From NCBI GenBank assembly GCA_965214605.1, contig OZ243961.1, forward strand, positions 800,001 to 864,000: 64,000 nt of DNA, given 5' to 3'. Position 1 is the stretch's first letter, and every line of letters begins with the position of its first letter. Source of the stretch: an uncultured Candidatus Binatia bacterium. Lineage in GTDB: Bacteria > Desulfobacterota > Binatia > Bin18. The notes beneath the pieces were generated by a model. That model was not told the origin of the DNA. It ran no database searches and saw only the letters and a list, made by a program, of their open reading frames with translations. Made by a program: the position numbers and the translations under genes. Shown here piece after piece: positions 32,694 to 41,704 of the stretch.

Positions 32694-33094
32694 GAGAGGA
32701 GATCGATAAGCCGGATTCTGTTCCCCTGTGTAATGCACTGAGGCCATGGTCATTCCTCTTGGCAGCACGTTACCGTGCTGCTCTAGCGACCGAACCCGGA
32801 AGGCAGAGTGGGGCGGCTCTTGTCCGCAAACGGACCCTTCCTACTTTGGTCTTGCTCCGGGTGGGGTTTACCCAACGCCCCCGATCTCTCAGGGACTTGG
32901 TGAGCTCTTACCTCACCTTTTCACCCTTGCTGAGAGCGGCTTCCGACGTCCGTCCTGGCCCCTCTCTAGCGGTCTCTTTTCTGTGGCACTTTCCCTGCCT
33001 CACGGCCGGCCGCTGTTAGCGGCCACCCTACCCCAAGGAGTCCGGACTTTCCTCGAACCTGGCGGGCAGGTCCGCGACCATGTAATCTCCTCTC
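32694..33094 (-). ncRNA. rnpB: RNase P RNA (bacterial type A)
   Basis: Minus strand carries GAGGAAAGUCCGGACUCC, AGUGCCACAGAAA, GGUAAACCCCACCCGGAGCAAG and ACAGAAUCCGGCUUA. The termini GAGAGGAGAU and AUCUCCUCUC pair as P1. Confidence 0.97.
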
Positions 33095-33110
33095 ACACTG
33101 ACGGCCTCAG

Positions 33111-33854
33111 TCAGGCTTCCTGTTCCCCCTCGCTCGCCTGCGGCCAATAGATGATTCGCGTACAATGCGGACAGTAATAAATTTTTTCGGACTGCTGAAG
33201 TTGACTACTCTGGATCTGATTGCACAGCTGGGGGGGAAGCCGCATATGGCAGCCCTGGCATGTTCCCTGTTGAATCTGCACCACGGCAAGCCCACCGCAT
33301 TTGGTAAAGACGCGCTCATACCGACTCTGGAGTGCTGAGTCAAGAGAGCCGATCAGGACGCTGCGCTTCTCGCGTTGCTGCTGCGATTCATCTTCTAGGA
33401 CCGTTATTTGGTCATCCGTCCGCTCCGCTTCTTGCTGGTGCTGGACCTTCAGGGTTCCCAAACGGACCTGGCTCCGGGTCAGACCCTCGTTCTCCTGCTC
33501 TATCTGTTCAAGCAACCGCAGCGTGCTCTCTTCTAGCTTGCCCTTTTCTTCCCGCATCAGTTCAATCTCTCGCTGGGCGGCAAGCATTTCCCGCTCATTG
33601 CGGATACGGTTCAGGCGTACCCGCTTTTCCTTGATTTTGTCTTCTTCTAGTTTGAGCCGCCCTTCGATGTCCTGATGCTGAGCCTCAAGCTCCTGTAGCT
33701 TTTGGTGTTGGGCTTCCGCCTCCTGCTCCGTTTGCTCCATCTCCGAGCTAATAGCGGTCACATGCTGACGTAACTCTTGCAGAAGCTGTTCTTTTCGATA
33801 AAGCTCTTGGTCAAGCTTCTGAAGCGCAGCCAGCACATCGATCTGTGTGGCCAA
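33111..33854 (-). CDS. Coiled-coil protein with C4-type zinc ribbon (DUF164/CdsZ-like)
   Basis: LQKLD N-terminus, long coiled coil, CQGCHMRLPPQ...CPHCTRIIY; TTG start after AAAGGAGG; conventional position beside rnpB. Confidence 0.9.
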   Translation of the reverse strand: MATQIDVLAALQKLDQELYRKEQLLQELRQHVTAISSEMEQTEQEAEAQHQKLQELEAQHQDIEGRLKLEEDKIKEKRVRLNRIRNEREMLAAQREIELMREEKGKLEESTLRLLEQIEQENEGLTRSQVRLGTLKVQHQQEAERTDDQITVLEDESQQQREKRSVLIGSLDSALQSRYERVFTKCGGLAVVQIQQGTCQGCHMRLPPQLCNQIQSSQLQQSEKIYYCPHCTRIIYWPQASEGEQEA

Positions 33855-33918
33855 CAGATACCTCCTTTCGCTTTTGTCTTGCGGTGTCGAACGGGTCGAG
33901 AGCGAAGAGTCCAACGTA

Positions 33919-33992
33919 TGGGCCCACCAGGACTCGAACCTGGGACCAGCCGGTTATGAGCCGGCCGCTCTGACCAACTGAGCTATGGGCCC
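33919..33992 (-). tRNA. tRNA-Ile2 (CAT anticodon, lysidine-modified type)
   Basis: GGGCCCATAGCTCAGTTGGTCAGAGCGGCCGGCTCATAACCGGCTGGTCCCAGGTTCGAGTCCTGGTGGGCCCA forms a cloverleaf with a paired G1:C72, so it is not fMet. The GGGCCCA acceptor is typical of Ile2. CCA is not encoded. Confidence 0.93.
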
Positions 33993-34130
33993 CCCTGACA
34001 CGGACTGCACATTCTCACTCCCGAAATTTCCGAGGAGAGACACTATGGGGGCCCTGACGCGGACTGCACACCTCCGACCGCCGCCGCCGTGATCCGGCAC
34101 TCTCTGAAGCCCCCTGACACGGACTGCACA
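33993..34130 (-). repeat. Three 19-bp direct repeats separated by unique 40- and 41-bp spacers in the tRNA 5' leader
   Basis: CCCTGAC(A/G)CGGACTGCACA at 33993-34011, 34052-34070 and 34112-34130; one mismatch in the middle copy; periods 59 and 60. Confidence 0.92.
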
Positions 34131-34219
34131 CTGAACTCTGTCTGCGCTCCTCCATATCATACGCCTAGGACTATGCCTACTACTCGCCCTCGTTCACGTC
34201 GTGTTTCTCCAGATCTTTC

Positions 34220-36025
34220 TTATCCCAGCTGTTGTAACTGCTGGAGGCTACGGCGGACAGTCTCTTCATCGCCCCTCAGTTCGGCTTCCCGGAGCTGTTG
34301 CTGGAGCCGTCCGCGGGCAGATTTGCGCCGGGTGGTTTGCAGACGCCGAACACAATCGGCGAACAACTGTTCCCGCTGATCGGTTTCCTCGTCGGGCTGG
34401 ACATCGGCCCGGCTCACCCGAGCGGCCAGTCCCTCCAGCTCTTGGGGGAGTTTGTCCAGCATCGTCCCGATATCAATCTGGTCGTGTTCTTGCCATACTG
34501 CGACAATGTCTGCGGCCAGGGCCTGCCAGTGTTGAAAAGTACCAACAACACCCTCACCGGCGGCCCGCAGGGCGAGCTGACGATCGATGAGCATCAAATA
34601 CAGCAACTCCGTCTCCACCGCAGCCTGGGGAGAGAGAACGGACGGACGACGAGACCGGCGCTGGGTTTCTTGAGGCAGTGGGGGGCGACGCGATGCGGTT
34701 TGGGACGGATTCGGGCCCACTGCCGAGCGCCGAAGTTCCTCTTCGTTCACTCCAAAATGTTGCGCGATCTGCGTCAGCAGCGCCCCTCGGAGCATCGCAT
34801 CGTTCGGTTTCAACTCGGAGAGCGCAGCCTGTGCGGCCTGAGCCCGTTGAAAAGCCGACGCCCCGGGAGGGAGGGAGTGACGAAGCAAATAGAAATCCTG
34901 AAGAGACTCGGCCCGATCAATCAGGTCATCTAGCGCAGCCCGTCCGTGTTTGCGGACGAAGGAATCGGGATCCTCGCCCTCGGGCAGAAAAATACCGCGG
35001 CCGTTCACTTCGGCTTCCAGACACAGAGGATAGGCCCGGGTTGCCGCCCGTCGACCAGCCTCATCGCCGTCAAAAAAGAGGGAGACCTCACGGGTAAAGC
35101 GACGCACCTGCCTGAGCTGATTAACGGTCAGGGCCGTTCCTAAAACGGCAACCGTCTCACTATGGCCGTGCTGGGCCAGAGCTAAAAGGTCGATATAGCC
35201 CTCAACAATCAGGGCGCGTTCGCAGCTTTTGATGGCAGTCTTAGCTTGGGCCAAGCCGTATACCAGCGTCCCCTTTTTATACACCGCAGACTCCGACGAA
35301 TTGATGTATTTGGGCAAGGGGCGGGACCGACGATGCGGCGCCGAGCCCTGCCTCGCCTGCTCAGCCTGGGGTAACAGCCGTCCGCCAAAGCCGACCGGCT
35401 GGCCGACCACATCGGTAATGGGAAATATCAGACGGTGGCGAAATCTGTCATAATAGCCTCCCCTCTGCTGCTTCCCAATGAGCCCCAACCGCACGGCATG
35501 GCTCAGGTCGGCCTGTTGCTTGGTCAAAAAGCGGACCAGACCATCCCAGCCGGGCGGGGCAAAGCCCAGCCGGAACTGTGCGACCACATCGGGTCGGAGT
35601 CCGCGTTGGGCCAAGTATCGACGGGCCTCGCCCCCGATAGGGCTGGCGAGGCAGCGCTGAAAATAGCTACTGGCCAGTTCGTTGAGGCGGTACAGACGGA
35701 CGCGTTCCTGGGCCTGAGGGTCATGACTCGCTGGCAGGACTACGCCAGCCTGTTTGGCCAGCCGGCGCACGGCTTCCGGAAACGTGAGCCCCTCAATTTT
35801 AGAGACAAAGGTGAACACACTCCCACTGACCTGGCAGCCAAAACAGTGAAAGAAGCCGCGCTCCTCGTGGACGCTAAAGGACGGGGTCTTCTCGGCATGA
35901 AAGGGACACAGACCCGTATAGTTCCGGCCTGATTTGCTCAGGGCGACATAGCCCGATACGACGTCAACAATACTGAGACGAGCGCGGATCTCGGCTAGAG
36001 TAGCCTCGGGAATCCGGTCTGCCAT
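34220..36025 (-). CDS. dnaG: DNA primase
   Basis: CPFHAEKTPSF...HCFGC Zn finger, DRFRHRLIFPI, PKYINS, VEGYID, TOPRIM FDGDEAG and DPD. Confidence 0.97.
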   Translation of the reverse strand: MADRIPEATLAEIRARLSIVDVVSGYVALSKSGRNYTGLCPFHAEKTPSFSVHEERGFFHCFGCQVSGSVFTFVSKIEGLTFPEAVRRLAKQAGVVLPASHDPQAQERVRLYRLNELASSYFQRCLASPIGGEARRYLAQRGLRPDVVAQFRLGFAPPGWDGLVRFLTKQQADLSHAVRLGLIGKQQRGGYYDRFRHRLIFPITDVVGQPVGFGGRLLPQAEQARQGSAPHRRSRPLPKYINSSESAVYKKGTLVYGLAQAKTAIKSCERALIVEGYIDLLALAQHGHSETVAVLGTALTVNQLRQVRRFTREVSLFFDGDEAGRRAATRAYPLCLEAEVNGRGIFLPEGEDPDSFVRKHGRAALDDLIDRAESLQDFYLLRHSLPPGASAFQRAQAAQAALSELKPNDAMLRGALLTQIAQHFGVNEEELRRSAVGPNPSQTASRRPPLPQETQRRSRRPSVLSPQAAVETELLYLMLIDRQLALRAAGEGVVGTFQHWQALAADIVAVWQEHDQIDIGTMLDKLPQELEGLAARVSRADVQPDEETDQREQLFADCVRRLQTTRRKSARGRLQQQLREAELRGDEETVRRSLQQLQQLG

Positions 36026-36059
36026 GTGAGCGGCCTCTCAATCAGAAGAGTTCGGATAC

Positions 36060-36088
36060 AGTATGACAGCTGTCATATCCCGCGTAAA
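36060..36088 (-). promoter_or_regulatory. Putative dnaG promoter (TTTACG-N17-CATACT) overlapped by the perfect palindrome TATGACAGCTGTCATA
   Basis: 16-bp perfect palindrome at 36062-36077; -35/-10 spacing of 17 on the minus strand. Confidence 0.5.
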
Positions 36089-36090
36089 GC

Positions 36091-36119
36091 AAAACACCCA
36101 CCCGAACTCGGGTGGGTGT
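36091..36119 (-). terminator. Rho-independent terminator after rpsU
   Basis: ACACCCACCCG-AACT-CGGGTGGGTGT 11-bp stem running into a T-tract on the minus strand, as in the E. coli rpsU-dnaG junction. Confidence 0.8.
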
Positions 36120-36159
36120 GTGGAGATACGCAGTGCAGGACGGGGCGGATCAGGAAAAT

Positions 36160-36357
36160 TTAGTAGAACGAACGGCTCGCTCGACGTAAGGCACGTTTTC
36201 TGGCGGCGACGGCTTTTCGTTTACGACGCACACTCGGTTTTTCATAGTGCTCACGCTTTTTGAGTTCCTGGAGAATACCGGCCTTCTCGCACTGCTTTTT
36301 AAAACGGCGGATGGCACTTTCTATGGGTTCGTTCTCTTTAACTCGGACACCTGCCAT
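36160..36357 (-). CDS. rpsU: 30S ribosomal protein S21
   Basis: [39 protein letters not shown]. Confidence 0.97.
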   Translation of the reverse strand: MAGVRVKENEPIESAIRRFKKQCEKAGILQELKKREHYEKPSVRRKRKAVAARKRALRRASRSFY

Positions 36358-36476
36358 GGGTCAACCACCTCCTCCCAGGCGAGGCCTAACAATCCACTAG
36401 GATAGACGTTCCTCCAAGAAAGTCAAGCGTTTGTCCGCAAAGTGGACAAGCCACCACGGATAGCACACAATAAGTC

Positions 36477-38543
36477 ATGGCCGAGACAGCTCCTCTCAAG
36501 TCCCCTCCTCCCCAGAAACTCTTCGCCTTCCTGCAAACCCGCCAGCAGATCGTCAACATTCTGCTGGCCTGTGTTGTCGGGCTGCTCGTCGGCGTGGCGG
36601 CGATTGGCTTTCACGAACTGCTCCATCTTGTCCAGAAAATCGCTCTTGGCTCGACTTCTCCGCTGGCCATCCTCCCAACCCTGCCGTGGTATTGGAAGGT
36701 GGGTCTGCCGGCTATCGGCGGCCTGCTAGTCGCCCCGATTGTCACCCGCTGGGCGGTTGAGGCCAAGGGGCACGGCGTGCCAGAGGTCATGGAAGCCGTT
36801 GCCCTGCGAGGGGGCATCATTCGAGCCCGGGTAGCCCTGGCCAAAGCCATAGCTTCAGCAGTGACGATCGGAACGGGGGGATCGACCGGTCGTGAGGGGC
36901 CTGTCATCCAGATTGGCTCTGCTCTGGGTTCGAGCTGCGGCCAGCTGCTGCGCCTGTCCCCGGATCAGGTGCGAACGCTGGTCGGCTGTGGAGCGGCAGG
37001 CGGGATTGCGGCAACATTCAACGCCCCGATTGCCGGAGCATTCTTCGCTCTTGAGGTAATTTTGGGGAATTTTGCCGTCCCGGCGTTTGCGCCAATTGTG
37101 CTCTCGTCCGTACTGGCGACCGCGGTCTCCCGTGCCTATCTGGGCAACGTTCCGGCCTTTCAGATTCCCCAGTACTCCCTACTGCACTATGGCGAGGTCC
37201 CCCTGTACGCCCTGCTCGGCATCCTGATGGGACTAGTAGCCGTCATCTTCATTCGTGTCCTCTATAAGAGTGAGGATCTGTTTGACCGCAGTCCTCTTCC
37301 ACCGGTCTTACGGACGACTGTCGGTGGCCTGCTAGTCGGTGGTCTGCTCCTGTACTGGCCCGAAGTGTATGGGACAGGCTTTGAGGCTATGTATTACCTG
37401 CTGCACGAGGCAACCGAATGGCAGTTTTTGGCTCTCCTGTTCGGCATCAAACTCATCGCCACATGTACAACCCTCGGCTCGGGTGCATCGGGTGGAATCT
37501 TCTCACCATCCTTGTTTCTCGGCGTTGTGGCCGGGGGCTTATTCGGTCATGTCGTACACGCCGTCCTCCCCGGCCTGACTGCTGAGCCCGAAGCGTATGC
37601 CATGGTTGGTATGGGTGCGGTTGTGGCAGGGACAACCCACGCTCCGGTCACCTCGATTTTAATGCTGTTTGAGCTGACCGGGGACTATCATATCATTCTG
37701 CCGGTGATGATTGCGTGTACCTTGAGCACCGTCACAGCCCGCTATCTCTATACGCACTCCATCTATACGTTGAAGCTCTCCCGCAAAGGCGTCTCGTTGA
37801 TCCGGGGCAGGGAGGAGACGGTCATGCAATCCTTCCACGTTGCCGATGTCATGCATAGCCCAGCCCCGACGCTGGAGGAACACACTTCATTCCAGGAGAT
37901 TGTCGATAAATTTCTGGACTCCCAGGAACCGCATTACTATTTGGTCGATCGTGATGAGCATCTGACCGGAGTGATTCATCTCCATGATGTCAAGGGCTTT
38001 CTGAACGATGGAGAACTCGGCGGGCTGATCATTGCCCGCGATGTGGCCCATTCCATATCGGTCATGACCTACCCCGGCGAAACGCTAGCCGAGTGCCTAG
38101 AGAAGTTTAGCGGCAACGCCACCGAACGCCTGCCGGTTGTTGATTCATACGCAGTTCCCAAAGTGATCGGGGTTGTCGCCCAGCAGGACGTCATCGACTT
38201 GTATAACCGTGAGGTATTGCGCAAAGAGTTCTTGGGAACCTTACCCTCCACCTCACCCCAGCCCAACAATGCGATCACCCTGCCGCCCCAATACACCGTT
38301 GTCCCGTTGCGTCTCCCCACAGCGTTTCGCGGCAAAACACTCAAAGAGCTCGATCTGCGCGCCCAGTACCACGTGACTGTGGTGGCTGTTCGAACGAGTA
38401 TGAACTCGGGGACACGCGATTATCTGCCCCAGCCCGACCAACCGCTGCAAACCACCGATACCCTGATTCTGACCGGTCACCGGGAAGCGCTAGAGGCATT
38501 CCAGCAGCGCTTCTCCGCAACCGGAGAGATGGAGAACGGATAA
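36477..38543 (+). CDS. ClC chloride channel/transporter with CBS pair and C-terminal TrkA-C (RCK_C) domain
   Basis: GHGVPEV, GGSTGREGP, FNAPIAG, GGIFSPSLF and SIYTLKL motifs; CBS domains; GKTLKELDLRAQYHVTVVAV. Confidence 0.93.
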   Translation: MAETAPLKSPPPQKLFAFLQTRQQIVNILLACVVGLLVGVAAIGFHELLHLVQKIALGSTSPLAILPTLPWYWKVGLPAIGGLLVAPIVTRWAVEAKGHGVPEVMEAVALRGGIIRARVALAKAIASAVTIGTGGSTGREGPVIQIGSALGSSCGQLLRLSPDQVRTLVGCGAAGGIAATFNAPIAGAFFALEVILGNFAVPAFAPIVLSSVLATAVSRAYLGNVPAFQIPQYSLLHYGEVPLYALLGILMGLVAVIFIRVLYKSEDLFDRSPLPPVLRTTVGGLLVGGLLLYWPEVYGTGFEAMYYLLHEATEWQFLALLFGIKLIATCTTLGSGASGGIFSPSLFLGVVAGGLFGHVVHAVLPGLTAEPEAYAMVGMGAVVAGTTHAPVTSILMLFELTGDYHIILPVMIACTLSTVTARYLYTHSIYTLKLSRKGVSLIRGREETVMQSFHVADVMHSPAPTLEEHTSFQEIVDKFLDSQEPHYYLVDRDEHLTGVIHLHDVKGFLNDGELGGLIIARDVAHSISVMTYPGETLAECLEKFSGNATERLPVVDSYAVPKVIGVVAQQDVIDLYNREVLRKEFLGTLPSTSPQPNNAITLPPQYTVVPLRLPTAFRGKTLKELDLRAQYHVTVVAVRTSMNSGTRDYLPQPDQPLQTTDTLILTGHREALEAFQQRFSATGEMENG

Positions 38544-38571
38544 CTGACATGATCGCCTCGGCTCGCGAGGG

Positions 38572-39924
38572 TCAGTCCGCCGCCGCTTCGCTCCGCTCAA
38601 TACACTCCCAAAACAGCCGATGCCAATTCGTCACCGTTCGGAACTGCTGCACGTAGGCTTCCAAACCGAGCAGGGCACGCACTAGAAACAGGCGGTGTCC
38701 GGGCGCGTTGAAGATCCGCTTCTCAAGGCTAATGGTCGTGACCTTGACACTCTTCTCGGCCGAATGAAAATCGTGCGGGTCATAAACCCGATCTTCCAAT
38801 ACCGGCTCAAAGAGTAAATACATAATCTGGATCAGCGGTGCAGGATCAACATCGGCATCCAAAAAGCCGAGCGAGACGAAACAACCCGCCATGGTCTGTT
38901 CATCGCGCTCGACAATCGCCCGCGCCAGAGCCAGATATGAGCGTCGGATCGCTGGGGGAAAGATCCGCACGCTGCCAAAATCGAGCATGGCAATCTTGGG
39001 GTGATAGGTCACCAGATAATTCCCCGGCTGAGGATCGGTCTGCAGCACCCCAAAGTCAAAAATCTGTCGCCAGGTGAGCTGAAAGTATTTGATTGCCACC
39101 CAGTCTTTCAACTCCTTGTCAACGCCTGGGACAAGAATATCGTGGAGGGTGTAGCCGTCAATATACTCCATGGTCAGCACGCGTTGGGATGAAAACTTGG
39201 GGAACACGCGGGGGATGAGCAGCTCTTCGTCATCGGCAAACAAACGCCGAAAGCGGTTGATATTCTTGGCCTCGTGCAGGTAATCAAGCTCTTCGTGCAG
39301 CCGCTCTGCCATTTCGTGATAGATTTCAGCCACCTCAAACCGTTGGCGCAAGATATCGCGGGTGCACAGTGTTAACACCTGGAGTAGAGCCTGTATATTT
39401 TTGAGATCTTGCTCAACGGTCTTATCCACGCCGGGATACTGGATCTTGACAACCACATCCCTCCCGTTCTTGAGTCTCGCCCGATGGACCTGACCGAGCG
39501 ACGCGGCAGCAAAGGCCTCAGGCTCGAAGTGTTTAAACAAGCGGTCTGGCCAGGCGCCGAGTTCCGCCTTGACCTGGTCCCGGATGAGTTCATAGTCCAT
39601 CGGTGGGACAGAGGACTGAACGACCGACAAGACGTCTACGACCTCAGACGGCAGCAGATCACCGCGCATACTGAGCATCTGGATGAGCTTCATAAACGCC
39701 CCGCGCAACTCGCGCGAACACTCAACAATACGCAGGGCGTTCTTGAGGTGTACGTCTAGCCGCGCCTGCTCTTTTTTGTCAGCGGATTGGAAGAGATGTG
39801 TCAGAGCGTGCCAAACATAGCTCCCGCCTACCGCCGAGGTCAGCGAGCCGACCTGGAGGGCACGTTTCGCCCGCCCTTGGGTTAAGCTGGATCCTGGGTT
39901 GGAGGCTTTGCGTTTGTGTGACAC
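38572..39924 (-). CDS. AarF/ABC1/UbiB family atypical kinase
   Basis: AAASLGQVHRA, VVKIQYPG, EELDY, QTDPQPGN and LDFG motifs. Confidence 0.92.
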   Translation of the reverse strand: MSHKRKASNPGSSLTQGRAKRALQVGSLTSAVGGSYVWHALTHLFQSADKKEQARLDVHLKNALRIVECSRELRGAFMKLIQMLSMRGDLLPSEVVDVLSVVQSSVPPMDYELIRDQVKAELGAWPDRLFKHFEPEAFAAASLGQVHRARLKNGRDVVVKIQYPGVDKTVEQDLKNIQALLQVLTLCTRDILRQRFEVAEIYHEMAERLHEELDYLHEAKNINRFRRLFADDEELLIPRVFPKFSSQRVLTMEYIDGYTLHDILVPGVDKELKDWVAIKYFQLTWRQIFDFGVLQTDPQPGNYLVTYHPKIAMLDFGSVRIFPPAIRRSYLALARAIVERDEQTMAGCFVSLGFLDADVDPAPLIQIMYLLFEPVLEDRVYDPHDFHSAEKSVKVTTISLEKRIFNAPGHRLFLVRALLGLEAYVQQFRTVTNWHRLFWECIERSEAAAD

Positions 39925-40679
39925 GTCAGGCGATTCATCAGGGTTGCGGCCGCCGCAGCGCCAAAGCCATTATCAATATTCACAACGGTGATGCCAGCCG
40001 CGCACGAGTTGAGCATGGCCAACAGGGCCGCAACTCCATGAAAGCTCGCACCGTAGCCCACGCTGCTTGGCACGGCGATCACCGGCCGATCGACCAATCC
40101 GCCAACAACGCTCGGCAAGGCTCCTTCCATGCCAGCCACAACAATCAGCACGCTGGCCGCCCGGAGCTGCTCGAGACCATCAAGCAGCCGATGCAGGCCG
40201 GCGACCCCCACATCGTACAGACGCTCCACCCGGTTGCCTAGCAGTTCAGCTGACACCGCAGCCTCTTCAGAAACGGGCAAATCGGCCGTTCCAGCCGCAA
40301 CCACAAGCAGGATTCCCTGCTCAGGCGGTGGGCTTGGCGGCTGTCCGAAGGCGGCGATACGTCCCTCGGCGTAATAGCGGAGAGCCGGTAAGAGCCGGCG
40401 GACCGCCTCCACCTTTTCAGCATCAAGACGGGTTACGAGCACGTGATGGCCGTTGGTGATGAGGCGTTGGGCAATCGCCGCAATTTGGGTCGCGCTTTTG
40501 CCCTGGCCGAAAATAACCTCGGGAAACCCGGTGCGGAGCGCGCGATGCTGGTCGACACGGGCAAAGCCGAGGTCTTCAAATGGCAGAGTTTTCAGCGCTT
40601 CGACGGCCTGCTCGACCGCGACCTGTCCACTCTTGACCCGGGATAGTAAGGTCTGCAGGCGAGCGCTATCCATAGTCAT
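39882..40679 (-). CDS. larB: Nickel-pincer cofactor biosynthesis protein LarB (PurE-like)
   Basis: GFPEVIFGQGK, AGTADLPVSEEA, DVGVAGLHRL, AGMEGALPSVVGG, PSSVGYG and VNIDNGFGA motifs. Confidence 0.92.
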   Translation of the reverse strand: MTMDSARLQTLLSRVKSGQVAVEQAVEALKTLPFEDLGFARVDQHRALRTGFPEVIFGQGKSATQIAAIAQRLITNGHHVLVTRLDAEKVEAVRRLLPALRYYAEGRIAAFGQPPSPPPEQGILLVVAAGTADLPVSEEAAVSAELLGNRVERLYDVGVAGLHRLLDGLEQLRAASVLIVVAGMEGALPSVVGGLVDRPVIAVPSSVGYGASFHGVAALLAMLNSCAAGITVVNIDNGFGAAAAATLMNRLTCHTNAKPPTQDPA

Positions 40680-40687
40680 CCAATCTA

Positions 40688-41668
40688 TCAAGCCCGACGA
40701 AAATGGTCATGTCCGCCCCGCGTTGGCGTATATGGCTTGCCCGCCGCATCAATCACTTGACGTCCGTCCCGCTCCGGGACAATCTTTCCGATTCGGGTCA
40801 CGGCGCACTGACAGGTTTCGGCCACAGCCCGCATCACGGTTCGCTGAGCGGCCGGAGCACAGAATAACAACTCATAGTCTTCGCCACCGGTCAGCGCAAG
40901 CTCCCAGGCCTGAGGACCGAGGAGGCCGCGGTAGGCCTCAGACACAGGCAGTTGGGAGACCTCGATACGCATCCCAACATGACTCTCTTCACACAAATGG
41001 TCCAGGTCCTGGAGCAGTCCATCACTCACATCAAGCATTGCGGTGACGAGCCCTCGGGCGGTAATTTCTTGGGCCACCTCAAAACGCGGGCGGGGACACA
41101 CAAAGCGGGCTTTGGGGGGTTGGGAAAGGGCGTCATCCCGGCCCTCTTGGAAAAGCCGCAGGCCCAGAGCCGCGTCTCCCAAGGTGCCCGTCACATACAC
41201 ATCATCGCCGACCCGTGCCCCGGACCGAGTCACAATCCCGTGCGATGCGTGGCCGAGCAGGGTGACCGACACCGTCAGACACGGTCCCGCGCTCATATTA
41301 CCGCCAACCAGAGCGACCTGACGCTCCTCGGCTGCGGCCAGAAAGCCGTCAAAGAAGGCGTCTAGATCCTCGACCTGCTCCTCTTGAGGAACACTGATAC
41401 TGAGCAGCGCAAAGGTTGGTTCACCCCCCATAGCAATAATATCGCTCGCATTGACCGCAAAGGCCTTTGCCCCCAAGCTGGCAAAAGAGGTCCATTCGCG
41501 CCGGAAGTGGACGTTTTCAACCAAGGCGTCGGTGGTCAGGAGGAGCGTCCCGGACAGGCTTAGCGCCGCGCAGTCATCGCCCACACCGAGGGTGACGCGG
41601 GGATCGACAGACAAGCGCCCGCGCAGACGGCGGAGAAATGGGAACTCCCCAAGGTCACGAATTTGCAT
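40688..41668 (-). CDS. thiL: Thiamine-phosphate kinase
   Basis: GEF, GVGDDCA, NASDIIAMGG, DVSDGL and GGEDYEL motifs. Confidence 0.95.
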   Translation of the reverse strand: MQIRDLGEFPFLRRLRGRLSVDPRVTLGVGDDCAALSLSGTLLLTTDALVENVHFRREWTSFASLGAKAFAVNASDIIAMGGEPTFALLSISVPQEEQVEDLDAFFDGFLAAAEERQVALVGGNMSAGPCLTVSVTLLGHASHGIVTRSGARVGDDVYVTGTLGDAALGLRLFQEGRDDALSQPPKARFVCPRPRFEVAQEITARGLVTAMLDVSDGLLQDLDHLCEESHVGMRIEVSQLPVSEAYRGLLGPQAWELALTGGEDYELLFCAPAAQRTVMRAVAETCQCAVTRIGKIVPERDGRQVIDAAGKPYTPTRGGHDHFRRA

Positions 41669-41704
41669 CTGCGCTTCTCTCGCCGACTTACAGCCTCGGT
41701 CAGA

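Noticed and set aside
33993-34130. Canonical CRISPR array
   Set aside because: Only three repeats of 19 bp, non-palindromic, with no AT-rich leader and no cas genes in 64 kb. Kept as an unexplained repeat array instead.
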